Below are positions 43,140 to 56,503 of a DNA stretch of 64,000 bases, piece after piece. Position 1 is the first letter of the stretch. Each line of letters begins with the position of its first letter. A model generated the notes under the pieces. The model had not been told where the DNA came from. It saw nothing but the letters and a program-made list of their open reading frames with translations, and searched no databases. Source of the stretch: Deinococcus sp. (GTDB lineage Bacteria; Deinococcota; Deinococci; Deinococcales; Deinococcaceae); the NCBI GenBank assembly GCA_965261005.1, contig OZ253375.1, positions 320,001 to 384,000 on the forward strand, given 5' to 3'. Made by a program: the position numbers and the translations under genes.

Positions 43140-43326
43140 GCTGGACTCCTTGCGGCCATAGAGGACCGCCGCCGGCCGTGCTGACCGGTCGTCTTGGGGT
43201 GGAAGGTCTCTTTGAATCGCGAACCGGATGGCCCGGACGTGCCACCATGCTGCGCCGCCGAGCGCTGAAAAGCCAATCAAGTTTGGCCCCGCACCATCAA
43301 ATTTTTCTATCGGCTAGCATAGCCGC

Positions 43327-43893
43327 ATGGACCTGCGTCAGCTGCGCCTGTTCCTGGCCGTCGCCGAGGAAGGCCACTTTACGCGGGCCGCCGAGCGCGT
43401 GAACCTGTCGCAGCCCGCCCTGACCCATAACATCCGGCAACTCGAAGAGAGCCTCGGCGTGACGCTGTTCGAGCGCACCCCACGGGGCGCACGCCTCACG
43501 CCGGCCGGCGAGGCGCTGCTGCCCGACGCGTACCCCTTGGCGGCACAGGCACAGGTGCCCCCGGCCGCCCTGCACGGCGTCCGGCTGCTGCCCCGCCTGA
43601 GCGAAGGGCAGGACGCGGCCCTGCTCTCGAAGCTGGGCGGCGACCTCAAGGTGATCTACCGGGGCGGCGACGTGGCGGCGCTGCGCGGCTTGGTGGCGGC
43701 GGGCGAGGGGGTGGCGCTGCTGCCGTCCGCTTTGATAGAAGAGGGAAGCGCTGGGTTGACGGCGCGTCCCCTCGCGGGTGGGGCGCCCAGCTGGGCCTTC
43801 GGCCTGGTCTGGCGCACCCGTCACCCGTCGCCCCTGACGACCTTGGCCCAGCGCGTCATCCGCCAGCGCGTGCCGCGCCCAGTTGAGCTGTGA
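43327..43893 (+). pseudogene. LysR regulator with an in-frame internal deletion of roughly 110 aa
   Basis: Intact HTH ([25 protein letters not shown]) joined at [10 protein letters not shown] to the distal substrate-binding domain; only 188 aa. Confidence 0.75.
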
Positions 43894-43900
43894 CGAACTG

Positions 43901-43926
43901 CAAAAAAGCGCCCCACTTCAGGGCGC
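43901..43926 (-). terminator. Intrinsic terminator on the tetR side
   Basis: GCGCCC-TGAAGTG-GGGCGC stem followed by TTTTTT on the minus strand. Confidence 0.65.
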
Positions 43927-43991
43927 CCTCATTCGCCTTTTTGACCGCGTCTTGGCCGCACGGAGTACCAGCGGGCGCTGTCCCCGAGGTT

Positions 43992-44129
43992 TGATACGGA
44001 TTCCGCTTCATTCCGTACAGTCGAGAACAGCACTCGCCCGTACTCCATACCGCGAAACCCGTATCTCTTTCCTACTCGCTCCGCTCGGAAAATTTCCGAA
44101 ATGTACGGAAATTTTCGGAATCTGTGTAA
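43992..44129. mobile_element. About 138-bp MITE-like Deinococcus small non-coding repeat
   Basis: Imperfect terminal inverted repeats TGATACGGATTCCG / CGGAATCTGTGTAA, internal 11-bp stem GAAAATTTCCG/CGGAAATTTTC, CCTACTCGCTCCGCTCGGA core; lower GC than the flanks. Confidence 0.75.
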
Positions 44130-44722
44130 TACGGGCGTAGCGAGGGCAGCAGCACGTGGTCGATCACCCGGAGGATCAGGGCCTCGTCCACAGGCAGGCC
44201 CAGCGCCGCCGTGTAGTGAAACGCGATTCCGGGGAAGACCTCGGCGATGGTGGAGACGTCCACCTCCGCTGAAATCAGACCTGCGGCCACGGCGCGGTCG
44301 AGCACCTGCCGAAACAGCCGGTCCGCAGGAGAACCCAGCGCTGCCCGCGCGGCGGCACGCAACGCTGGGTCGTGCCGGGCGGCCGTGTGCAGCCTGGCGA
44401 GCACCTGCTGACTGCGCCCATCTTCTTTGAGATAGGCCCACCCGCAGGCCAGCAGGTCCGCCCGCAACTCTCCGGTGTTCGGCACTTCGGGCGCCGGAAA
44501 CAGCTCTTGGGCCGCCGCGATCACCAGCGCCAGTTTGCTGGGCCAGCGCCGGTAGATCGTCGCCTTGCTGGCCCCGCACCGTTTGGCGACGGCTTCCACG
44601 GTCAGCCGTTCGTACCCTTCTTCGATCAACAGGTCTTGGGTGGCCCGCAGCAGGGCGGCCTGAACGCCCGCGTCGAGCGGGCGGCCAGTGGGACGGGCGG
44701 AAGCGGTCACGCTTGACAGCAT
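44072..44722 (-). CDS. TetR/AcrR-family regulator; C-terminus runs into the repeat
   Basis: GRP..LLRATQDLLIEEGYERLTVEAVAKRCGASKATIYRRWPSK, PNTGELRADL. Confidence 0.9.
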   Translation of the reverse strand: MLSSVTASARPTGRPLDAGVQAALLRATQDLLIEEGYERLTVEAVAKRCGASKATIYRRWPSKLALVIAAAQELFPAPEVPNTGELRADLLACGWAYLKEDGRSQQVLARLHTAARHDPALRAAARAALGSPADRLFRQVLDRAVAAGLISAEVDVSTIAEVFPGIAFHYTAALGLPVDEALILRVIDHVLLPSLRPYYTDSENFRTFRKFSERSE

Positions 44723-44729
44723 ACGGCAT

Positions 44730-44767
44730 GGTACGGTAGCGTACCGAAACGAAACGAGAGCGTTTCG
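44730..44767. promoter_or_regulatory. Two related palindromes, putative TetR operators
   Basis: GGTACG-GTAG-CGTACC and CGAAACG-AGAG-CGTTTCG between divergent tetR and VOC genes. Confidence 0.6.
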
Positions 44768-44788
44768 ATACTGGAAGGAGTAATTCCA

Positions 44789-45190
44789 ATGACGAACTCT
44801 GAACTGTCCGTCCCCATCCGCATGGACGGGATGAGCCTTCCCGTCGCCGACGTGCTCATCTCCGTCGCCTTTTACAGCCGGCTGGGCTTCAGCGTCGAGC
44901 TGACCGACCCCTCGGGCAAAGGGTTCGCCCTGATGCGCATCGGCGGGGGGACCGTCGGCCTGGCGCGCCAGAAGGGCGGCGAGGAGGCCCCGAAGGTGAG
45001 GGACGGCGTTCATGTCGAACTCAGCACGGAAGACTTGGACGGTCTCTACGCCCAGATGCAGCGCGCGGGCATCGAAGTGGAGACGCCGCCGCATGACCGG
45101 CCTTGGGAGCGGGTGATGGTGCTGCGTGACCCGGACGGCTTCCGGGTGGAGTTCTCCCAAGGCGAGCGCGGCCACAACCGGCCCGAATAA
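44789..45190 (+). CDS. VOC/glyoxalase-family protein
   Basis: VAFYSRLGF..PPHDRPWER..RDPDGFRVEF; AAGGAG RBS. Confidence 0.88.
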   Translation: MTNSELSVPIRMDGMSLPVADVLISVAFYSRLGFSVELTDPSGKGFALMRIGGGTVGLARQKGGEEAPKVRDGVHVELSTEDLDGLYAQMQRAGIEVETPPHDRPWERVMVLRDPDGFRVEFSQGERGHNRPE

Positions 45191-45302
45191 CGAGCGGGCC
45201 AGGGCGGCGTTGCTGAGCGCGCCGTTCTCGGAATGTGCCCGACGGCTGTTTCCGGGCGACTGCGCTCAATAGTGCGCTGACAACGTGTCTTCCCAAACCT
45301 CC

Positions 45303-46210
<908 letters not shown>

Positions 46211-46214
<4 letters not shown>

Positions 46215-47359
46215 GCGTTCGCCTCCTGGGCCGCCGCCCCCGCCGCTTGGAACATGTCGGGGTACATCTGAATGAGGGGGCTGTTCACCTCGGCGAGCAA
46301 CGCCTTCGCCTCCTCCTCGGCGGTGCCCGCGATCCTCATGCGGACCGGCTTGGTCAGGATGCCCTCCTCCAGCGCGCGGATCACGCCCTTCGCCACCTCG
46401 TCGGCCCGGGTGATGCCGCCGAAGATATTCACGAATATGCTCCTCACGTCCGGGTCCTTGCTGACCAGCTTGACCGCGTTGTAGACGATGTCCGCCTTGG
46501 CCCCGCCGCCGATGTCGAGGAAGTTGGCGGGCTTCGCCCCGGCGCGGTTCACCACGTCGAGGGAGGTCATCACGATGCCGGCGCCGTTCCCCAGCACGCC
46601 CACATTGCCGTCCAGCTTGACGTAGGCGAAGCCGTAGGCCGCCGCCTCGGTCTCCAAGGGGTGCTCGGCCTCCAGCTCGCGCCAATCGGCCAAGTCCTTG
46701 TGGCGATACATGGCGTTGTCGTCGAGGTCCACCTTGGCGTCGAGGGCCAGGGGATCGCCCTGCGCGTTCACGAACAGCGGGTTGATCTCGGCCAAGGTCG
46801 CGTCCATGCCGATGGCGGCGTTCGCCAGCTTCACCATCATGTCGGCGATCTTGTTGAGGTTCCCCTTGAAGCCGGCCCGCAGCGCCACCTCGCGCGCCTC
46901 GAAGGGGCGCAGGCCCGTCACGGGGTCCACCCGGTAGCGGATGATGGCGTCGGGGTTCTCGGCGGCGACCTCCTCGATCTCGACGCCCCCCTCGGCCGAG
47001 GCCATCAGGGTGTAGGACTGGACGTTGCGGTCCACGATCAGGCCGACGTAGTACTCGGTGCCGGCGTCTATGTCCACCGCCCGCGTCACCAACACCTTGT
47101 TGACCGTCAGGCCCTTGATGTCCATGCCCAGGATCTTCTCGGCGTTCTCGAACGCCTTGTCGGGGGTCGCGCTGAACTTGACGCCGCCCGCCTTGCCGCG
47201 CCCGCCTACGTGAACCTGCGCCTTGACCACCACGCCGCCCTCGCCGTACTCGCGCGCGATGTCGCGCACCTCGTCCGGCGTGTAGGCGACCTTGCCTTCC
47301 TGCACCGCCACGCCGTAGCGGCGCAGCAAGTCCTTGCCCTGATACTCGTGAAGTTTCAC
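46211..47359 (-). CDS. sucC: Succinyl-CoA ligase beta subunit
   Basis: [47 protein letters not shown]. Confidence 0.97.
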
Positions 47360-47448
47360 GTTCTGCCTCCTGGGACTGGTCAAAACAGCTTGCCCGCGCC
47401 AGTATAGCCCTGGCAAAGGCCTCAATCCGGTCCGCTGGCGGGACCCCT

Positions 47449-47486
47449 CACCCCCGGCCCCTCTCCCGCAAGGGGAGAGGGGTGAA
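47449..47486. repeat. REP-like palindrome, copy 2
   Basis: 38 bp identical to 21126-21163. Confidence 0.85.
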
Positions 47487-47514
47487 GAGATTGCTTTGCG
47501 CTACAGAGAAGCTT

Positions 47515-47981
47515 TCAGGAGTTTTTCGGTTCAGGCTGGTCTCGGGACGCCGCGCCAGTTTTCACCTGAGCGTCCTGCTTTCTGCGAATGCGCTTGGGGG
47601 TAGGGCGCAGCTCCCTGGTGGTGGGAGGCGCGTCACCGCTCGCTGCGGGGAAGTTCACCGGGGCGAAGCCGGCGTCCACGCGCGCTTGGTCATAAGCCCG
47701 CCCCGCTCCCTCCTCGGTGGCGTACATGCCGCCATAGGGCTTGCCGGCGATCTTGGCGCGCCGACGTGCAGCCAAATATGGCCCGCCGGCGCCTCACCAC
47801 CCATGACGAAGTGCGCCAACGAATCAACGCGGGTGCCCCCATCCTCTCGCCATGCGCGCCGTACCGTGAGGTACCCCGATCTCTGTCCCCGCTGCACGCC
47901 CCACGTGTAGAAGAGCGTGCTTTGGGCGAGGTCGTCATCAATCAGGGCGGGTTGGTCCCAGCCGTTCAGGGGAAGTTCCAT
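47515..47981 (-). pseudogene. HNH-AP2 endonuclease remnant (internal deletion and frameshift near 47762)
   Basis: ALIDDDD..GY..LAHFVM..LHV N-terminal part; frame shifts to [28 protein letters not shown] (AP2 motif); AAGGAG RBS. Confidence 0.65.
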
Positions 47982-48030
47982 GTCTCCTTTTTATGTTTAA
48001 CACTGACGTTCCTCCCTTACCCACCTCTGT

Positions 48031-48101
48031 CCGCCGCGCTACCCTCCTGGCGTGTCCACCCTGCTGCGCGCCGAACACGCCGTCCTGGGCCGAGGGGAGC
48101 G
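48031..48101 (+). repeat. Duplicated promoter plus about 16 first codons of the ABC-F gene (left direct repeat)
   Basis: 64/71 nt identical to 51957-52027 by manual alignment. Confidence 0.9.
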
Positions 48102-48249
48102 TCAGCAGTGCCGGGGAACTGGGTCTTCATCAACCACAGTTTGCCCCGGCACTGCTGTCTCTTCCTCTCTTACACAACCTTTACGGCTTCCTGTCGGGTA
48201 CTGAGGGTCAGAAGTCCGGTAGCACCAGCTTCCTCAATGGACGAGCGCT

Positions 48250-48966
48250 TTATTGCTGCTGCCAGCGCCGAATAAACTTCTCCCTGGCCCCCTGCGGGAT
48301 GTAGTCCCCGTGACCAAAGGCGATCTTCTCGAAGACATACCCGCCCAGCCTCTCCACCGAACGTCGTTCATCATTGAGGTCGTCGTAGAACGGCGCACAC
48401 TCCATATGGCCGCCCTCGTTCGTAACCGCATCACCGATGAACAGCACCCCACCGTGACGATGCCACAGGAACGACTGGTGGTCTTGGGCGTGACCGGGCG
48501 TGTCAATCACCTCGATTCCACCCGCCAGATCGAGCGTTTGACCGTGGAGGATACGGTGCTGCACCTTCGCGGGGATGATCTTTGCGTTGGGGGTCCGGAT
48601 GCCGCCGCCCCTGATCTTGACCGGGACCAGGGTCGGGGAGTCGGATTCTAGAATCCCGGCCCCGCCGGGGTTCATCCAGACCGCCGCGCCGCTTTGCTGC
48701 TGAAATTCCCCGACGTTGCCGATGTGATCCGGGTGGGCGTGGGTCAGCAGGACGTGACGAACGTCCTGCGGGGTTCTGCCAAGTTGTCTCACGACCTGGG
48801 CGACGGGGTTCTCGGTTCCCTCAAGCTTCGGGGCGCCGGTGTCGATCACGATCAACCCGTCGTGCGGATCGTCGATGACAAAGACGTTGACAATGTTGAG
48901 AACAAAATCGAGGCTGGCCTGATAAAGGTCGGGTTCGAGCTGCCGAATTTCTAATAAAGTGGACAT
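48250..48966 (-). CDS. MBL-fold metallo-hydrolase
   Basis: IDTG, THAHPDHIG, TPGH, IGDA, FGHG. Confidence 0.9.
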   Translation of the reverse strand: MSTLLEIRQLEPDLYQASLDFVLNIVNVFVIDDPHDGLIVIDTGAPKLEGTENPVAQVVRQLGRTPQDVRHVLLTHAHPDHIGNVGEFQQQSGAAVWMNPGGAGILESDSPTLVPVKIRGGGIRTPNAKIIPAKVQHRILHGQTLDLAGGIEVIDTPGHAQDHQSFLWHRHGGVLFIGDAVTNEGGHMECAPFYDDLNDERRSVERLGGYVFEKIAFGHGDYIPQGAREKFIRRWQQQ

Positions 48967-49015
48967 CCTGTTTCCTCCGGGGTCTTGCCGTCATGCCGGG
49001 AACGAGGGGCACCAA

Positions 49016-50797
49016 TCATTGCTCAGTTCTCCGGGCCGCGAGCAGCGCCGCGCCGCCCAGCACCAGGGCCGTGGCCGCGACCAACGCGGCCCGTGACCGT
49101 TCCGGCAGACGGCGTGAGCACGCCTCGAGGGCGGCCCGCCGCTCCCCGCTTCCCGTCTGGAACACCTCGTCCAGGTACGCCGCCAGATCGGGCGCGTCCT
49201 GAGGTCCCCCCCGGAAGCCGACGTAGCCGTCCGGACGCACGAGAACCAGGCGTGGCCCGCTGACCCCGTAGCGCCGGTGCGCTTCCCCCTCGCTGTCGGC
49301 GAGGGAGAGCCTCGCCGCTGGCCCTGGGGTGGACATCCCGCCACCCTGCACGATCACGGTGGCGCGCAGGGACGTACCAGCCACCGTGTTTAGGCGGGCC
49401 GAGAGGTCGTTCAGGGCACTCAGGGCCGCCGGGTCAGGGCGGGTCCCGCTGAACAGCAGCAAGCTCCAGGTCCGGCCGTCGAACAAATCGAACAGGTGGA
49501 CCGTTTCCCGGCTGGGCAGGCGGACGAGCATGGCGTCCGGCGCCCGGCGGCCCGCCTTCAGGCCGCGTCCGCCGTGGTCCCGGGTCAGGGGGCTGTCCGG
49601 GTAGTGGATGTTGAGTTCCGTCTGCTGCTGGGCCTGCCACTGCTGCACCACATGCAGCCGGAAGGCGAGCGGCCCAACGGTACGCATGCCCCAGGTGCGC
49701 AGCGGGTTTGGCCGCGTCGCCAGTTGGAAGATGCTCTTGGTGAAGTCGTCCACCACGTGCGCGACCCCACGGCGCTCGGCGTCGTAGCTGTCAAGCAGTG
49801 CGGTGCGCGCGATCCCCCGGTGGACGGAGGCGAGTTTCCAGGCCAGATTGTAGGCGTCCTGGATGCCCGTGTTCATGCCCTGTCCGCCGATGGGGATGAT
49901 GATCTTGGCGGCGTCCCCCATCAGAAACGCCCGGCCCCGCCGGAAGGTGGCGGCCACGCCGTGCCGGAACCGGAGGCGGTTGGTCCACTGGAGTTCCGAG
50001 AGGGTCGCGCCGGGGTCGCCCGACAGCTCGCGGATCACCCCCTGTAACTCGGCCTCGGTGGGCATCGCGCGGTTGCTCGGGTCGGGGTCGGGCGTGAGCA
50101 TGTAGCAGTATCCCCGCTCGCGTCCATCCGGAAGGGGCGGCAGCGGGTTGAAGCCCAGGTAGGCCCCCGCGTGGATGAAGAAGTAGCCGCGCGCCCCCTG
50201 CGGGTGGGACCAGCGAAGGTGCCCGTCGGCGATGCGAATCTGAAACCCCGCGTAGGGCTCGGTCGGGAAGTCGAGGCCGAAGGCCGCCCTCACCGGGCTG
50301 CGCCCACCGTCCGCGCCGATCAACCAGCTCGCGCGCACCTCCTCGGTGCGTCCGTCCGCGTGGGTGAGGGTCGCACCCACCCCCCGGTCGTCCTGGGTGA
50401 AGTTCCCCGCCTCGATGTTGTCTTCGACGGGGCGGCCAATCTCCCGAAGGTGGTCGCGCAGCACGCCCTCGATCAGTCCCTGGGTGAGGATCAGCGGTGT
50501 CCCGTGCGGGCTGTCGCTGTCGTCGTAGCGGTAGTGACCGAGGTACTTGCCGTACGCATGGACGTCCATATCCGTGAAGGTCACCGCGATGGCCTGAAAC
50601 TTGGGCAGCAGGCCCATCGCGGCGTAGACCTCCTGGGTGCGCGGCCACAGCACCGGGGCGCGGGTTTCGGTGGTGGGTCCACTCCGCCGTTCAACGGTGC
50701 GCACGCTGAGTCCCTGGCGGGTGAGTTCGGCGGCGGCGGTCATGCCAACCGGGCCGGCGCCCACAATCAGGACGTCGAGAGGTGGGGAAAGGGTCAT
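49016..50797 (-). CDS. FAD-dependent monooxygenase (aromatic hydroxylase type) with thioredoxin-like C-domain
   Basis: GAGPVG, GADG, GDAAK..GGQGMNTGIQDAYNLAWKL, LVRPDGYVG. Confidence 0.9.
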   Translation of the reverse strand: MTLSPPLDVLIVGAGPVGMTAAAELTRQGLSVRTVERRSGPTTETRAPVLWPRTQEVYAAMGLLPKFQAIAVTFTDMDVHAYGKYLGHYRYDDSDSPHGTPLILTQGLIEGVLRDHLREIGRPVEDNIEAGNFTQDDRGVGATLTHADGRTEEVRASWLIGADGGRSPVRAAFGLDFPTEPYAGFQIRIADGHLRWSHPQGARGYFFIHAGAYLGFNPLPPLPDGRERGYCYMLTPDPDPSNRAMPTEAELQGVIRELSGDPGATLSELQWTNRLRFRHGVAATFRRGRAFLMGDAAKIIIPIGGQGMNTGIQDAYNLAWKLASVHRGIARTALLDSYDAERRGVAHVVDDFTKSIFQLATRPNPLRTWGMRTVGPLAFRLHVVQQWQAQQQTELNIHYPDSPLTRDHGGRGLKAGRRAPDAMLVRLPSRETVHLFDLFDGRTWSLLLFSGTRPDPAALSALNDLSARLNTVAGTSLRATVIVQGGGMSTPGPAARLSLADSEGEAHRRYGVSGPRLVLVRPDGYVGFRGGPQDAPDLAAYLDEVFQTGSGERRAALEACSRRLPERSRAALVAATALVLGGAALLAARRTEQ

Positions 50798-50899
50798 GGT
50801 GGTCCTCCTGGCGCGGGGTGAGCTTGGCTGCGCCCGCCCGGCGTCACCGTCATAATCCCTCGCACCTCCCCGGGGCGTCCAATAGCCAACGGGGGCGCG

Positions 50900-50920
50900 G
50901 CCATAGGGTGCGCCTATGGC
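50900..50920. promoter_or_regulatory. Palindrome upstream of the monooxygenase, putative LysR box
   Basis: GCCATAGG-GTGCG-CCTATGGC. Confidence 0.5.
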
Positions 50921-50942
50921 TGCCCTGATCGCCCGGACCCGT

Positions 50943-51851
50943 TCACCGGGGCGGAAGTGGATGGGGGGCGACGTCCCGCGCCGCCGCGAGCAGCGCCCGC
51001 GCGATGGGGGGCGGGCGCTCCCGGCGCCAGGCCAGGCCCAGGGTCCAGCGCGGCGGCTCGCCCGCCAGGGGCCGGTGGATCGCCCCTGCCGGGCGGTGCA
51101 TTGCCAGGACCGCCGAGCGCAGCAGGCCCACGCCGTGCCCCGCCGCGATCATGCCGAGAATCGGTTGAAGCTGTATGCCCTCATAGACCACCCGGGGCGT
51201 GAAGCCCGCCCGGCGGCAATGGTCGGTCAGGGACGCGCCCCCCCGGCCGCCCAGGTCGGCCCGGTGCAGGAGGAAGGCTTCCGGCGCGAGCGCGGAGAGC
51301 GGCACCTCCGGCAGCGCGGCGAGGGGATGGCGCTCGGGCAGCACCGCTTGGAAGGTGTCCGTGAGCAGCGGGTAAAAGCCGAGGGTGTCCTCCACGAAGG
51401 GCTCGCTCAGGAAGCCCACGTCCACCTCACCGTTCAGGAGCGCGTGCACCTGCGCCGCCCCCGGCAATGCGCGGGTGTCGGGCACCACGCCGGGGTGAAC
51501 TTCGTCGAGCTTGCGGAACACCTGCGGCATGGGCAAGACGTTGCCGTATTCGGTGAACTCCCAGGCCAGCCGCAGCGTGCGGTCGTCCAGCCCGCCCGCC
51601 TGCCGGGCGCGGCGCACACTTTGTTCCACGTAACCCAGCACGTGGCGGGCGTCCTCGAGAAGGGACTGCCCCGCCTCGGTAAGCTCCGCGCCCCGGGCGG
51701 GGCGGTGGAAGAGCGTGACCCCGAGGTCCTTCTCAAGCTGGCGAACGCGCTGGGTGAGCGAAGGTTGGGTGAGGTTTGAGCGCTGGGCAGCCCGGGTGAA
51801 GTTCCGCTCCTCGGCCACGGCCACGAACAGCTTGAGCTGCTTGAGGTCCAT
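50943..51851 (-). CDS. LysR-family transcriptional regulator
   Basis: MDLKQLKLFVAVAEERNFTRAA..TQPSLT..LEKDLGVTLF; full-length substrate-binding domain. Confidence 0.93.
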   Translation of the reverse strand: MDLKQLKLFVAVAEERNFTRAAQRSNLTQPSLTQRVRQLEKDLGVTLFHRPARGAELTEAGQSLLEDARHVLGYVEQSVRRARQAGGLDDRTLRLAWEFTEYGNVLPMPQVFRKLDEVHPGVVPDTRALPGAAQVHALLNGEVDVGFLSEPFVEDTLGFYPLLTDTFQAVLPERHPLAALPEVPLSALAPEAFLLHRADLGGRGGASLTDHCRRAGFTPRVVYEGIQLQPILGMIAAGHGVGLLRSAVLAMHRPAGAIHRPLAGEPPRWTLGLAWRRERPPPIARALLAAARDVAPHPLPPR

Positions 51852-51977
51852 GGGGTCAGACTATCCGGCATACATACCCAGAAGTGTGTGGGTTCCGAGA
51901 AAACGCTGCAACACCAAAACAGCCGAGGCTGGAGTCCAGGTTTTACCAATCTCCACCCGCCGCGCTACCCTCTTTGC

Positions 51978-54035
<2,058 letters not shown>

Positions 54036-54063
54036 AAGCACGTTTGCCCTCTATACTGCCCAC

Positions 54064-54513
<450 letters not shown>

Positions 54514-54525
54514 AGGGGGTCTGCC

Positions 54526-56490
54526 TTATTCTGCCGTGATCCCCTCGGCCAACACCCGCTCCAGCGCCCCCACCACGCGCGGATCGAATTGTCGGCCCGC
54601 CTGCGCGCGAATTTCCGCCAGCGCCTGGTCGAGGGGCCAAGCCTGTTTGTAGGGCCGCTCGCTGAGCAGGGCGTCCAGCACGTCGGCCACGGCGACGATG
54701 CGGCCGAACAAGGGAATGGCCTCGCCGGCGCGGCCGTGTGGGTAGCCCGAGCCGTCCCAGCGTTCGTGGTGTGACAGCGCGACTTCTTGGGCGGCCCGCA
54801 CCAGCCGCGACGCGCTTCCCGCCAGAATGCTGCCCCCGATCAGCGCGTGCGCCTTGATCCGCTCGAATTCCTCGGGCGTCAGGCGGCCCGGCTTGAGCAG
54901 CAGCGTGTCCGGCACGCCGATTTTGCCCACGTCGTGCAGCGGCGTCACCCGCTCGATCAGCGCCACGTCGTCCCCGGGCAAACCGAGCGCCCGCGCCAGA
55001 GCGCCCGCCAAGCGCGACACGCGGCGCACGTGCTCGCCGGTCTCGTCGTCGCGGTGCTCGGCCGCCCGCGCCAAGCGGTCGATCATCTCGAACTGCGTCT
55101 GCTCGACTTCCCGGGTGCGTGCGTGCACCCGCTCTTCAAGCAGCTGGTTGTGTTCTTGAATGAGGTGTTCGGCGACCTTGCGCTGGGTGATGTCGAGGGA
55201 CGTGCCGATCAGGCCCGCCACCTGGCCCTGCCCGTCGCGGTACACCTGCTTGGTCGTTAGAAATGTCCGGAAGGGCTGGTCGGGGGTGGGATCGCCCGCT
55301 TCGTAGCTCAGGGCTTGGCTGGACGCCAGCACCCTCTGATCGTATTCGCGCAGCGCGTGGGCCGTACTTGGCGCGAATAGGGCGTGGTCGTCGCGGCCCA
55401 GAATCTCCTCCGGGGGGCGCCCGATGCGCCGCGCGCCGGCGGCGTTGATCAGCACGTAGCGGCCCCGCAGGTCCTTGACGAAGATGGATTCCGGCACCCC
55501 GTCCACCACCGCGCGCAGCAGGTTGTGGCTGGTGGCGAGGTCTTCCTCAGCGCGCTTACGCTCCGTCAGGTCGCGCAGGTAGGCGGTGAACCTCAGCTCG
55601 CCGCCGAGGGCAAAGGGCGTGATGGCCAGCTCGCAGGGAAACTCCGAGCCGTCGCGCCGCAAGGCGGGCACCTCGACGCGGCGTCCCAGCACCGGCCCCT
55701 CGCCGGAGCGCAGGTAGTGGGCCATGCCGCGGCGGTGCGCCTCGCGCAGCCGCTCGGGAATGATCAGGGCGCTCAGCTCCCGCCCGACGGCCTCGGCGCG
55801 GGTGTAGCCGAAGGTGCGCTCGGCGGCCGGGTTCCACTCGAAGACGCGCCCCTCGCGGTCCATGCCGATCACGCTGTCGAGGGCCGATTCGAGCACGGCG
55901 GTTTTGAGGGCCTCGCTGTGGCCCCGCTCATTGAGCGCCCGGCGCAGCTCCAATTCGCTCACCACGCCCGCCGCAAGGTCTTGTAAGGTGGCGCGCTCGT
56001 CCGGCGTCAGGTCCGGTCTGGGCGCGGTGTCGAGGATGCAGAGCGTGCCGAGCTTGTGCCCGTTCGGCGCTTCCAGCGGCGCGCCGGCGTAAAAGCGGAT
56101 GTGGGGAGAACCGGTCACCAGCGCGTTGTCCGCGAAACGGGGGTCCAGCGTGGCGTCCGGCACGACCAACATTCCTGGCGCCGCGATGGCGTGCGCGCAA
56201 AAGGAGAGCGAGCGGTCGGTTTGGCGCAAGTCGAGGCCGAAGCAGGCCTTGAACCACTGCCGGCGCTCGTCCACCAGGGACACCAGCGCGATGGGAACGC
56301 GAAGCAGGCGCGCGGCCAAAGCGGCGGCGCGGTCAAAGGCGGCCTCGGGCGCGGTGTCCAGAATCTCGTAGCGGCGCAGGGTGTCGAGCCGTCCGGGGCC
56401 TTCCTGCCCAAATGGACGGTCGTCCACCGGCGGGGTCGGCTGGCCGGGGTGAATGGTCACTTCCCCACGGTAGCGGCGCCCCTCTGACAA
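54526..56490 (-). CDS. GAF-PAS-PAS-HD-GYP cyclic-di-GMP phosphodiesterase (start uncertain)
   Basis: GAF ([19 protein letters not shown]), PAS ([11 protein letters not shown]), [26 protein letters not shown]. Confidence 0.9.
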   Translation of the reverse strand: MSEGRRYRGEVTIHPGQPTPPVDDRPFGQEGPGRLDTLRRYEILDTAPEAAFDRAAALAARLLRVPIALVSLVDERRQWFKACFGLDLRQTDRSLSFCAHAIAAPGMLVVPDATLDPRFADNALVTGSPHIRFYAGAPLEAPNGHKLGTLCILDTAPRPDLTPDERATLQDLAAGVVSELELRRALNERGHSEALKTAVLESALDSVIGMDREGRVFEWNPAAERTFGYTRAEAVGRELSALIIPERLREAHRRGMAHYLRSGEGPVLGRRVEVPALRRDGSEFPCELAITPFALGGELRFTAYLRDLTERKRAEEDLATSHNLLRAVVDGVPESIFVKDLRGRYVLINAAGARRIGRPPEEILGRDDHALFAPSTAHALREYDQRVLASSQALSYEAGDPTPDQPFRTFLTTKQVYRDGQGQVAGLIGTSLDITQRKVAEHLIQEHNQLLEERVHARTREVEQTQFEMIDRLARAAEHRDDETGEHVRRVSRLAGALARALGLPGDDVALIERVTPLHDVGKIGVPDTLLLKPGRLTPEEFERIKAHALIGGSILAGSASRLVRAAQEVALSHHERWDGSGYPHGRAGEAIPLFGRIVAVADVLDALLSERPYKQAWPLDQALAEIRAQAGRQFDPRVVGALERVLAEGITAE

Positions 56491-56503
56491 GACGCTTACG
56501 CCT

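Noticed and set aside
44072..45175. 367-aa TetR with a long N-terminal extension
   Set aside because: The extension is antisense to the VOC gene; TetR homology starts near 44722
47991..48007. Possible RDRM (DdrO) box TTATGTTTAACACTGAC upstream of the HNH-AP2 remnant
   Set aside because: Only the left half fits the palindromic consensus; too weak without a PWM scan
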